A DNA stretch of 64,000 bases from Gemmatimonadota bacterium (GTDB lineage: Bacteria; Gemmatimonadota; Gemmatimonadetes; Gemmatimonadales; GWC2-71-9): assembly GCA_003222205.1 (NCBI GenBank), contig QHVC01000045.1:12499-76498 (forward strand). Direction: 5' to 3'. How positions within the stretch are numbered: position 1 is the first letter of the stretch; each line of letters begins with the position of its first letter. The notes beneath the pieces were generated by a model. It worked only from the letters and a program-made list of their open reading frames with translations. It made no database searches and was not told the origin of the DNA. This document shows positions 44,009 through 54,553 of the stretch, in pieces. Position numbers and translations under genes: made by a program.

Positions 44009-45498
44009 ATGCCCCCACCCGTTTCTCTCGACGGCCACTCCCTCACCATCGCCGACGTCGTCGCCGTCGCCCGCCGCCGCGCCCCGGCCGCCGTCGCGCC
44101 CGGGGCGTTGCAGCGGATGGGAGCATCGCGCCGCGTCGTGGAAGCCGCCGTAGCTCGCGGCGACACCATGTACGGCGTGACGACGGGCTTCGGCAAGCTC
44201 GCCCACGTGCGCATCCCGGCGGCCGACCTGGGCCGGCTGCAGCTCAACCTGATCCGCAGCCACGCCTCGGGCGTGGGCGAGCCGCTGTCGGAGGAGGCCG
44301 TGCGGGCGATGATGTTGCTGCGCGCCAACGTCCTGCTGCTGGGCACCAGCGGCGTGCGGGCCGTCCTCCCCGAGCTGATCGTCGCGATGTTGAACGCGGG
44401 CGTCCATCCCACCGTGCCGTCGCAGGGGAGCGTGGGGGCGTCCGGCGACCTGGCGCCGCTGTCGCACCTCGCGCTGGCGATGATCGGGGAGGGGGAGGAC
44501 GGCGGGCGGCTGCGCGCGGCTGGCCTGGCGGCGATCACCCTGGAGGCGAAAGAAGGGCTGGCGTTCGTAAACGGGACGCAGGCGCAGACGGGGCTCGCCG
44601 CGCTGCTCGTCCATGATGCGTGGGGGCTGTGGCGCACCGCGCACGCCGCCGCCGCGATGAGCCTCGAGGCGGTGCGGGGCACGCCGGCGCCCTTCGACGC
44701 GCGCATTCACGCCGCGCGGCCGCACCCCGCACAACGGCGCTCCGCCGCATTGCTGGCGGCGCTGCTCGCCGACAGCGCGATCCGCGAGTCGCACCGCGAT
44801 AACGACCCCCGCGTGCAGGATGCCTATTCGCTGCGCTGCACCCCGCAGATCCTCGGCGCCGTGGGCGAGGGGCTCGCCTTCGCGGAGCGCCTGGTCACGA
44901 CCGAGCTCAACGCCGCCACCGACAATCCGCTGGTGTTCGGGGACGATGTGCTTTCGGGCGGCAACTTCCACGGGCAACCGATCGCGCTGGCGCTCGACGT
45001 GCTCGGCATCGTCCTCGCGACCCTCGCCGGACTCGCCGAGCGGCGCCTCGAGCGCGTCGTGAACCCCGACCTCTCCTCGGGGCTCCCGGCGTTCCTGGCG
45101 CGGCGCCCCGGAATCGAGTCCGGGTTCATGACCGCGCAGATCGCGGCCGCGGCGCTCGTGGCCGACGCCCGGGTGCTCGCCACGCCCGCGAGCGTGCAGT
45201 CGGTGCCCACCGAGGGCAACCAGGAGGACGTCGTACCGATGGGGATGAGCGCGGCGTGGAAGGCGGAGCGGATTCTCGCGGACGCCACTCGTATCGTCGC
45301 GATCGAGCTGCTCGCGGGAGCCCAGGGCCTCGAGTTCCTGAAGCCACTCACGCCCGGGCGGGGTGTGGCGCGCACCTACGCGGCGGTGCGGGCCGAGGCC
45401 CCGGCGCTCGAGGAGGACCGGCCCCTGAGCGCGGAGATCGAGCGGGTGGCCGCCGGGATTCGCACGGGCGCGTTCGATCCCGGCGAGCCGGGAGCGGG

Positions 45499-45502
<4 letters not shown>
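44009..45502 (+). CDS. hutH: histidine ammonia-lyase
   Basis: [28 protein letters not shown] (MIO-forming ASG triad), NPLVF, GNFHGQP. Confidence 0.95.
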
Positions 45503-47159
<1,657 letters not shown>

Positions 47160-47163
<4 letters not shown>

Positions 47164-48494
47164 GCACACTGCTCGCGGGGGCTCGGGCGGTCGTCACCTG
47201 TCGCGGCCCGGCGCGGGCGCGCCGGCGTGGCGAGATGGCGGAGGTCGAAGTCCTTCGCGACGCGGCCGTGCTCATCGACGGCGATCGTATCGCCGCGGTC
47301 GGTCCCTATCGTGAGTTGCGACGGGCAACCGGCAACGTGCAACCGGTGGAAGTATCGGGGGTGCTGTACCCCGGCTTCGTCGACTGCCACACCCACGCCG
47401 TCTTTGGCGCGCCACGCCTCGACGATCACCAGCGCCGCGCCCTCGGCGAGGACTACCAGTCGATCGCGGCCGCTGGCGGCGGCATTCTCGAGTCGGTGCG
47501 GGACGTGCGCGCGCGCTCGGAGGACGAGCTCGTCGCCGTCACGCGTGCGCGGCTCGCGGTGCTGCTCGCGCACGGCACGACCACCGTCGAGATCAAGTCG
47601 GGGTACGGGCTCGATCTCGACAACGAGCGTAAGCAGCTGCGCGTCGTGCGCCGCTTGGCGGCGGAGCCGGGGCCGGCGCTCGTCCCCACCTTCCTCGGCG
47701 CCCATGAGGTGCCACCCGAGTACCGCGACCGCCGGGCGGAGTTCGTACGCCTCCTCTGCGACGAGATGATTCCCGCGGTGGCGCGCGAGCGTCTCGCCCA
47801 ATTCTGTGATGCGTTCTGCGAGCCCGGGGTGTTCACCGTCACTGAGGCGCGCGCGATCGCCACGGCGGCTCGGCACCATGGCCTGGGGGTCAAACTGCAC
47901 GCCGACGAGCTGGACGGGTCCGGGGGCGCCGAGCTCGCCGCCGAGCTCGGTGCCGTGAGCGCGGATCACCTGGCCGGCGTGTCGCAGGCCGGCATCGGCG
48001 CGCTGGCGCAGAGCGCGACAGTCGCGGTGCTTCTCCCCGCGACGATGGTCTTTCTGGGTAAGGGCCGGCAGGCGCCGGCACGGCGCCTGCTCGACGCCGG
48101 CGCCGCGCTGGCGCTCGCCACCGACTTCAACCCCGGTTCCTCGCCGACCGTGAGCCTCCCGCTCGTCATGGGCCTCGGCGTGTCGCAGCTCGGGCTGCGC
48201 CATGCGGAGGCTCTCATCGCGGTGACCGTCAACGCCGCCGCGGCGCTGAACTTGGCGACCGAGCGTGGGCAGCTGGCGCCAGGCTTTGTAGCGGATGTCG
48301 TCGCTTGTGACGTCGCCGATTGGCGCGAGGTGGCCTATTGGGTGGGGGCCAATCTCGTAACTGCCGTCTGGACAGCGGGTTTGCCTTGTCGCAGCCCAGC
48401 CGCGCCCCTATCTTTACCAGTCCATGTCGAAACTCGAGAAGCTCAAGGATCGCGCCAAGACCCTCGAGGCCAAGGACCCGAAAGGGGCGGTTGA
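47160..48494 (+). CDS. hutI: imidazolonepropionase (start codon unresolved)
   Basis: [19 protein letters not shown]...[42 protein letters not shown] are HutI motifs. Homology begins at [10 protein letters not shown], where the only in-frame candidate is CTG 47160 (CTGA with the hutU stop). The first ATG is at 47235. Confidence 0.85.
48386..48414 (+). promoter_or_regulatory. weak candidate promoter for the 799-aa TPR gene (inside the hutI tail)
   Basis: TTGTCG (48386-48391), a 17-nt spacer, then TATCTT (48409-48414), ending 9 nt before ATG 48424. This would give a leaderless or near-leaderless mRNA. Confidence 0.3.
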
Positions 48495-50823
48495 GGCCTG
48501 GCTGGAGGTCCTCAAGACCCAGGAAGAGGAGGGCGACGATAATCCGGATCTCGGGATCTACAACCGCATCGGTGATCTCTACCTCAAGCTGAAAGACCCG
48601 GGCCAAGCGGCTGATTATTACGACCAGGCGGTCGACAAGTACGCCGAGCTTGGTTTTCATAACAACGCGATTGCGATGTGCAACAAGGTGTTGCGCAACG
48701 CGCCGGCGCGGCAACAGACCTACCTCAAGCTCGCCAAGCTATACGCGTCGAAGGGGTTCCTCGCGGAGGCGCAACAGAACTTCGTCGAGTACGCCGAGCG
48801 CATGCAAAAGACCGGCCGCATCCAGCAGGCGTTCGCGGCGTTGAAGGAGTTCACCGACCTCTCCCCCGAGAGCGAGCGGCTGCGCGGCATGTTGGAAGAG
48901 CACCTCAAGATGTACGGGGCCGACCTGCAGCAGCGGCGCTCTTCGACCACGCGCGTGAGCATGCCCCCGTCGTCGCAACCGGCTGCAACAGGGGAAGGCA
49001 AGACGAAGGGCAAGACGTCGAGCCTGGTGTTCCTCGATCTCGATGCGCCGCCCAAGACGAGCCGTCCGGCTTCCGGCCCACCGAGGGCCGGCGCGCCGCC
49101 GGCGGCCAAACTCGTGCAGGAGCCGCAGCGGCCGCCCGAGTCCGAAGCGCTCGACATCGAAGCGACCATTGTGGGCGACACGGCAGAAGGCGCCGCGGAC
49201 GCCGGGGGCCGACTGGACGGCCTCGAGACGACGAGTGCGCAGTTCGGCGACATTGATTTGGGCTCGGCGGAAGTGTCTTCCATCCGCGAGGACCTGCTCT
49301 CGGGTGACGACGTCGAGCCCCTCGCCGAGCTGGAGCCCACGGTGGAAGAGGAGGAGGAAGAGGACTTCTCGCCTCCGCCGCCCCGGTCCAAAGCGATGCC
49401 GGCGCCCAAGGCACCGCCGCGGTTTACGCCGAAAGCCCCGCCGCCCGCGCCCACGCCGAAGGTCAAGCCGGTGGTGCCCAAGCGGCCGTCCGCCCCGCAG
49501 GCGGCGCCGCCACCTCCGGCGCAGCCGCGCAAGCGCAAGACGGTCGTCGAGATTCCCCCGCTCGAGCTGGAGCCCGATTTTGAGACGACCACCCCAGCGG
49601 CCGGCCACGATGTGGACGACCAGCCGCTGGCGGTGGACGAGGGGCCAACCCACCCGAAGTGGGTCCAAACCGAAGACGACACTTCGGTCGGCGGCCGGCG
49701 CTCGGGCTACATGGATCTGGGGCTCGATGGTGTCGTCAACCAGGGGGAGGTGGCGGGCTCGCTGGTCTTCGACAACATCGAGGAGGCCGCGGGCGCGCCG
49801 GCCATCGCGGATCTCGAGGGACGCGTCGCGGATAACCCCGACGACCCCGACGCCCATCAGGCACTGGGCGAGGCGTTGATCGAGGGGGGGGATCGCGATC
49901 GCGGCGTCGAAGAGCTGGACCTGGCGGTGTCGGGATTCGAGGCGGCGGACAACCTCCAGCAGGCGCAAGACCTCGTGGACGAGATCCTGCGGCTCGAGCC
50001 TAATAGCGTGCGTCACCGCCAGAAGCAGGTCGAGCTCGCGTTCAAGGCCGGCGACAAGCCGCGGCTGATCGATTGCTACCTCGAGCTCGCCGACGCGCTG
50101 TTGCGCACCGACCTGGGGGACAAGGCGCGGGCGGTGTACCAGCGCGTGGTCGAGCATGATCCGAAAAACGGGCGAGCCAAGGCGGCGCTCGCGATGCTGA
50201 TGCCGGCCGAGCCGGTGTCGGAGAAGGGCAAGCTGGTGCAGCCCAAGGACGCCAAGATGAAAGTCCGCGACGAGGCGGCCGTGGGCGGGGACTTCGTGGA
50301 TCTCGGCGCGATGATCCTCGAGGAGGAGATCGAGGAGCCGCACCGCGACACCCGGATGAAGGTTGCGGACGAGGAGCCCACCGGCGACGAGGAGCGCGAC
50401 TTCCAGGACATGCTGGCGCGCTTCCGACAGGGGATCGACGAGAACATCGACGAGGCGGATTTCCAGTCACATTATGACTTGGGCATCGCCTTCAAGGAGA
50501 TGGGCCTGCTCGACGAAGCGATCGCCGAGCTCCAGAAGGCGTTGCGGGCCCCCGAGGGCAAGCAGCGGACCTCCGAGGCGCTGGGCGTATGCTTCTTCGA
50601 GAAAGGCGCGCACGCGGTGGCGGAATCCATTCTGCGCCGCGGCCTGGAGTTGCCGGCCGCGCGCGACGAAGAGCGGTTGGGGATTCTCTATTGGCTGGGG
50701 CGCGCCCTCGAGGCCCAGGGGAAGGGCGCGGAGGCGAGAGAGCTCTACCGCCGCGTGTTCGCCGCGAACATCCGGTTCATGGACGTGGGCGAGCGGGTCA
50801 AGGCGCTCGCCAAGGCGCGCTGA
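48424..50823 (+). CDS. large TPR protein with acidic/proline-rich central linker
   Basis: N-terminal helical TPR-like module (IGDLYLKLKDPGQAADYYDQAVDKYAELGF...), ~350 aa of low-complexity P/A/E-rich linker, and C-terminal TPRs (HYDLGIAFKEMGLLDEAIAELQKAL...). Clean ATG start. Confidence 0.8.
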   Translation: MSKLEKLKDRAKTLEAKDPKGAVEAWLEVLKTQEEEGDDNPDLGIYNRIGDLYLKLKDPGQAADYYDQAVDKYAELGFHNNAIAMCNKVLRNAPARQQTYLKLAKLYASKGFLAEAQQNFVEYAERMQKTGRIQQAFAALKEFTDLSPESERLRGMLEEHLKMYGADLQQRRSSTTRVSMPPSSQPAATGEGKTKGKTSSLVFLDLDAPPKTSRPASGPPRAGAPPAAKLVQEPQRPPESEALDIEATIVGDTAEGAADAGGRLDGLETTSAQFGDIDLGSAEVSSIREDLLSGDDVEPLAELEPTVEEEEEEDFSPPPPRSKAMPAPKAPPRFTPKAPPPAPTPKVKPVVPKRPSAPQAAPPPPAQPRKRKTVVEIPPLELEPDFETTTPAAGHDVDDQPLAVDEGPTHPKWVQTEDDTSVGGRRSGYMDLGLDGVVNQGEVAGSLVFDNIEEAAGAPAIADLEGRVADNPDDPDAHQALGEALIEGGDRDRGVEELDLAVSGFEAADNLQQAQDLVDEILRLEPNSVRHRQKQVELAFKAGDKPRLIDCYLELADALLRTDLGDKARAVYQRVVEHDPKNGRAKAALAMLMPAEPVSEKGKLVQPKDAKMKVRDEAAVGGDFVDLGAMILEEEIEEPHRDTRMKVADEEPTGDEERDFQDMLARFRQGIDENIDEADFQSHYDLGIAFKEMGLLDEAIAELQKALRAPEGKQRTSEALGVCFFEKGAHAVAESILRRGLELPAARDEERLGILYWLGRALEAQGKGAEARELYRRVFAANIRFMDVGERVKALAKAR

Positions 50824-50824
50824 C

Positions 50825-51820
50825 GTGACCCAGCAGCTGGCGCGCGTCACCCTGCCGGACATCCAGCGGCCCGTGGCCGGGCAGCTCGATCGGGTTGTGG
50901 ACGAGCTGCGGCGGCTCATCGCGGCGGACTTCCCGATCATCGCCGAAGTCAACGAACACCTCCTGCGCATGAAAGGGAAGCTGTTCCGGCCGACGCTGCT
51001 GTTGCTCAGCGCGCAGGCGACGGGGGCGGGCGCCGCGGACCCGCGCGCGGTGACCCTCGCCGCTATCGTCGAGCTCATCCACCTGGCGACGCTGGTCCAT
51101 GACGATTCGGTGGACCACTCGCCGCTGCGCCGCGGGATGCCGACGATCAACGGCCTGTTCTCGCATCAGGTGGCCGTGATCATGGGGGACTACCTCTACT
51201 CCCGCGCGATCGTGGAGCTGGTGCGCCTCGAGGACCTGGCGCCGCTGCGGGTGTTCGCGCGCGTGACCAACGAGATGACGGTCGGCGAGATGCGCCAGCT
51301 GGAGGCGCACGACAAGCTCGCGTACGGGGAAGGCCAATACGATGCGCTGATCCAGGCCAAGACGGCCTCGCTGCTCTCCGGGGCGTGCGAGGTGGGCGCC
51401 CTGCGCGGCGCTCCGGCGCACCGTGACGCGCTGGCGCGGTTCGGCCGCGCGCTCGGGATGGCGTTCCAGATCACGGACGATCTGCTCGACTACACCCAGC
51501 CTCAAGCGGTGACCGGCAAGCCTTCTGGGCTCGATTTGAAGGAGCACAAGGTCACGTTGCCGCTCATCGCGGCCCTGGAGCGGATGGACGCCGCCGGGCG
51601 CCGCTGCGTCGCCGATCTGATGGCGACCCCCGAGCCCCGCGACGAGCAGGTGGCGGAGGTCATCCGGCTCGTGGAGGTGTCGGGAGGCCTGGAGTGCGCG
51701 CGCCGCCACGCCCTGGAGCACGCCCAGCACGCCGAGGCGGAGCTCGAGACCTTGCCGCCGTCGCCCGCGCGCGATGCTCTGCGCGACAGCATTACGTACG
51801 CCGTGGAACGGCATAGCTGA
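50825..51820 (+). CDS. long-chain polyprenyl diphosphate synthase (IspB/HepT-like)
   Basis: First and second Asp-rich motifs LVHDDSVD and FQITDDLLDY, plus GK.FRP.L.LL and KTASL: trans-prenyltransferase family. Confidence 0.9.
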   Translation: MTQQLARVTLPDIQRPVAGQLDRVVDELRRLIAADFPIIAEVNEHLLRMKGKLFRPTLLLLSAQATGAGAADPRAVTLAAIVELIHLATLVHDDSVDHSPLRRGMPTINGLFSHQVAVIMGDYLYSRAIVELVRLEDLAPLRVFARVTNEMTVGEMRQLEAHDKLAYGEGQYDALIQAKTASLLSGACEVGALRGAPAHRDALARFGRALGMAFQITDDLLDYTQPQAVTGKPSGLDLKEHKVTLPLIAALERMDAAGRRCVADLMATPEPRDEQVAEVIRLVEVSGGLECARRHALEHAQHAEAELETLPPSPARDALRDSITYAVERHS

Positions 51821-51823
51821 GCC

Positions 51824-52096
51824 GTGGCGCGCGGGCCCCGCCGTCCGTTATTTTACCTTGGGGTGCTCGCCGCGGGCTTCGTGCTCGGCGGGCTGCTCCA
51901 CGCGCTGCTGCGACGGTTCTTGCCGCAGGGCGCCGCCAAGGAGTTTTTCACCACCTCCGTGACGCCGACCTTCGGACCGGTGCACGTGGATCTGCTGGTG
52001 GTGTCGATCACGCTCGGCCCGATCGGGCTCGACGTCTCGCTGCTCGCCGTCGTGGGAGTGGCGATCGCCTACTTCGTGGCCCGGTCGCTCTTTTAG
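51824..52096 (+). CDS. small two-TM membrane protein (possibly DUF4321-like)
   Basis: 90 codons with two hydrophobic spans (FYLGVLAAGFVLGGLL; LLAVVGVAIAYFVA) and coding-type GC3. The family assignment is from memory only. GTG start; a downstream TTG start is possible. Confidence 0.5.
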   Translation: MARGPRRPLFYLGVLAAGFVLGGLLHALLRRFLPQGAAKEFFTTSVTPTFGPVHVDLLVVSITLGPIGLDVSLLAVVGVAIAYFVARSLF

Positions 52097-52106
52097 CGAG
52101 GCAGCC

Positions 52107-52340
52107 ATGTTCTCCGATCTGTCGTTCAGCCACATCCTGATTCTGCTGCTGATCCTGGTGCTGGTCTTCGGCGCCAAGCGCATTCCGGAGATCGGGTCGT
52201 CGATCGGGCAGGGGATCAAGGAGTTCAAACGCAGCCTCAAGGACGAGCCGCCGGAGCCGCGCAACCTCCAGACGCCTCCGGCGACCGGCTCGGGGTCGAC
52301 GCTGCAGACCGGGGGCGAGCCCAAGCGGCTCAGCCAGTAA
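52107..52340 (+). CDS. tatA: twin-arginine translocase subunit TatA/E
   Basis: ILILLLILVLVFGAKRIPEIGSSIGQGIKEFKRSL: TM helix, hinge FG and amphipathic helix, typical of TatA. Confidence 0.85.
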   Translation: MFSDLSFSHILILLLILVLVFGAKRIPEIGSSIGQGIKEFKRSLKDEPPEPRNLQTPPATGSGSTLQTGGEPKRLSQ

Positions 52341-52352
52341 GGAGAGACGGCG

Positions 52353-52559
52353 GTGGGTCTGGGGAACCTGAGCGGCGGCGAGCTGCTGCTCCTGTTGGTG
52401 ATCGCGCTCCTCGCCCTCGGGGCGCACCGCCTCCCCGATGCGACCAAGGCCGTGGGGAGGGGGCTGCGCGAGTTCAAGCGGGCCCTGAACGAGACGCGGG
52501 ATGCGGTCGAGCGTCCCGACGAACCGCCACCGGATCCGCCGCGACGCCTCCTCGAATGA
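52353..52559 (+). CDS. second TatA/TatB-family subunit
   Basis: ELLLLLVIALLALGAHRLPDATKAVGRGLREFKRAL has the same architecture as TatA. GTG start 12 nt after the tatA stop. Confidence 0.72.
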   Translation: MGLGNLSGGELLLLLVIALLALGAHRLPDATKAVGRGLREFKRALNETRDAVERPDEPPPDPPRRLLE

Positions 52560-52564
52560 CCCCG

Positions 52565-52594
52565 CCGCCGGCTAGCTGCCGGCGGTTGCGTTTC
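52565..52594. terminator. possible hairpin terminator between convergent tatA2 and ppiD
   Basis: CCGCCGGC (52565-52572), loop TAGCT, GCCGGCGG (52578-52585), then TTGCGTTTC. It overlaps the ppiD stop codon, and the U-tract is weak. Confidence 0.4.
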
Positions 52595-54407
52595 GGGGTC
52601 GGAACAGCTCCTTGCGGCGGTCGACCACCTTCGCCTGGGTGCGCAGTCCCGCGAGGTAAGCGCGGATCCGTGCCTCACGCACGGGCTGCAAGATGGCGCG
52701 GCGCTGGGCGTCGCGTTGCGAGAGCCACGCCGTGGAATCCGCCTGCCGTCGGGCCAGCGACTGGATCAGGAAATCGCCGGCCTCACCCTGAATCACGGCG
52801 CTGCGCTCACCGACCCGTATTCCGAACGCCGCGCCGATCACCAACGGCTCCTGACGCAACTCAGGAGGCGGAGCGACGCGGGTGAACGGCCCGAGTCGCA
52901 CGGCCCGCAGGCCGTGGCGGGCGGCGGCCGCGAGCAGATCGGTCTCGCCACGCAGCTGGTCGGCGATCTCCCGCGCACGGGGGTGCACCAGCGCTCTCTT
53001 TTTCTCCTCGCGTGCCCCGGCCATCGCCGCCTCCTTCACCTGGGCGAATGGGGGCGCGCCTCCCGGCGTCAGCGAATCGAGCCGGAACACGTAAAACGCC
53101 GGCGTGCCCTCGATGACCGGGCTCGTCTCCCCGACCTTCGCCTCGAACGCCCACACACTGACGTCGGGAATCACCCAGCGGCCGAGCTGCATGCGATCCC
53201 CCTGGACCAGCGGCGGCGCGTGGGCGAGCGGCAACTGCAGGCGCTGGGCCACCGAGTCCAGCTCCGCCCCGTTCTCCTGCTCGGAGGCGAGCCGGTCGAG
53301 CGTGTCGGTGCGGGATTCGACCAGGTCGCGGTGTGTCCCCTGCAGCTCGATCGGCACCAGGATGTGGCGGACCTTGACCGAGTCCCCGCGCGCCGCGTCC
53401 ACCCGGATCAGGTGGTAACCGAACTCCGTCACGACCGGCTCGGACACCTGGCCGGGTCGCAGGTGCTTGACCGCATTCAGAAACGGCCGCACATAGCCGC
53501 CCGAGTCGGGGTGAATCCAGCCGAGGTCGCCGCCGCGGGCGGCGCTGCCCGAGTCGGCCGACTGCGTCTTGGCGACGGCGTCGAACGCTTCGCCGCGCAG
53601 CACTCGAGCCCGCAGCGCCCGCGCCCGCGCCAGGGCGGCGGCGCTGTCCGCCGCGTCCGGGCGCCGTGGCAGGGCGACGAAGCTCAGATACGCGACCGCC
53701 GGCCGCTTGAACGCGTCCCGATGCGCTTCGAAATAGCGCTGAGCCTCGACGTCCGTCACCGCCGCCGCGCTGTCGAGGATTATCGCGGGTGTCACCGCCA
53801 GAGCGGCGATCGTCACCGAGTCGCGCTCGTCCCGGTACATCCGCCATAGCTGGGCATCAGAGACGTACACGTCGGCCGTGAGGAACTGCAGGAACTTCAC
53901 GTAGGGGATTTCGTCCCGGTACCGCTGCTCGAGTGCGAGCAGGAACTCCGGGTTGCTGCCCCGGATCACGAACTGCTGCCACTTCTCCATATCGAACCGC
54001 CCGTTCACCTGAAACTCGGGGAGGTTCGTCACTTCGGGCGGCGGGCTCGTGAGGGCGGCTTGGCGGATCTCGTCGGCGCTGACGGTGATGCCCAGCTTGG
54101 CGTATGCCTGGTGCAGCAGGACCGCTTGGATCAGCTGGTCGGCCACCCGATCCTGGAGATCCTTCTCGTCCTCTTTGGTGAGCTGTCCCCCGGATTGGCG
54201 GCGCGCCTGGTCGTAGGCCGACTGATACGCCTGCTGCCACTCGGGGTAGTGCACTTCCTGCCCGTTGACCTTCAGCACCACGTCGCCCGACGCCCCACTC
54301 GACCGCCCCGTGATGCCCATGCCGACATCGAAGACCAGCCATCCGATGAAAGCAACGGCCAGAATGTAGAACACGTATTTCGACATTTCCCGCATGGCGC
54401 GCATCAT
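52572..54407 (-). CDS. ppiD: periplasmic chaperone / peptidyl-prolyl isomerase PpiD
   Basis: N-terminal anchor MMRAMREMSKYVFYILAVAFIGWLVF, a SurA-N-like region and a parvulin domain (GGDLGWI....V.PF..A...L..GQVS.PV.T.FGYHLI.V). The start is taken at ATG 54407; the longer ORF start at 54542 lacks homology. Confidence 0.85.
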   Translation of the reverse strand: MMRAMREMSKYVFYILAVAFIGWLVFDVGMGITGRSSGASGDVVLKVNGQEVHYPEWQQAYQSAYDQARRQSGGQLTKEDEKDLQDRVADQLIQAVLLHQAYAKLGITVSADEIRQAALTSPPPEVTNLPEFQVNGRFDMEKWQQFVIRGSNPEFLLALEQRYRDEIPYVKFLQFLTADVYVSDAQLWRMYRDERDSVTIAALAVTPAIILDSAAAVTDVEAQRYFEAHRDAFKRPAVAYLSFVALPRRPDAADSAAALARARALRARVLRGEAFDAVAKTQSADSGSAARGGDLGWIHPDSGGYVRPFLNAVKHLRPGQVSEPVVTEFGYHLIRVDAARGDSVKVRHILVPIELQGTHRDLVESRTDTLDRLASEQENGAELDSVAQRLQLPLAHAPPLVQGDRMQLGRWVIPDVSVWAFEAKVGETSPVIEGTPAFYVFRLDSLTPGGAPPFAQVKEAAMAGAREEKKRALVHPRAREIADQLRGETDLLAAAARHGLRAVRLGPFTRVAPPPELRQEPLVIGAAFGIRVGERSAVIQGEAGDFLIQSLARRQADSTAWLSQRDAQRRAILQPVREARIRAYLAGLRTQAKVVDRRKELFRPRNATAGS

Positions 54408-54496
54408 GGGCGTGGAACTCCGTCGTAACCGGATGGAAGGGGCATAAGTGTATACGCCACAACAATCAATCTCAAGCGGCTCGGGCCGCGGCCGAT

Positions 54497-54526
54497 TTGA
54501 CAGCGACGCCGGCCAAACACTATCTT
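54497..54526 (+). promoter_or_regulatory. candidate promoter for the TPR-aroQ-peptidase unit
   Basis: TTGACA (54497-54502), an 18-nt spacer, then TATCTT (54521-54526), in the divergent ppiD / TPR intergenic gap. Confidence 0.4.
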
Positions 54527-54553
54527 CGTCCAATTCCCACAAAGACTTAGGCC

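Noticed and set aside
54408-54542. 45-codon N-terminal extension of ppiD (MWELDEDSVWPASLSNRPRPE...).
   Set aside because: PpiD homology and the membrane anchor start at MMRAMREMSKYVFYILAV (ATG 54407). The extension would consume the divergent intergenic region that contains a good promoter-like element.
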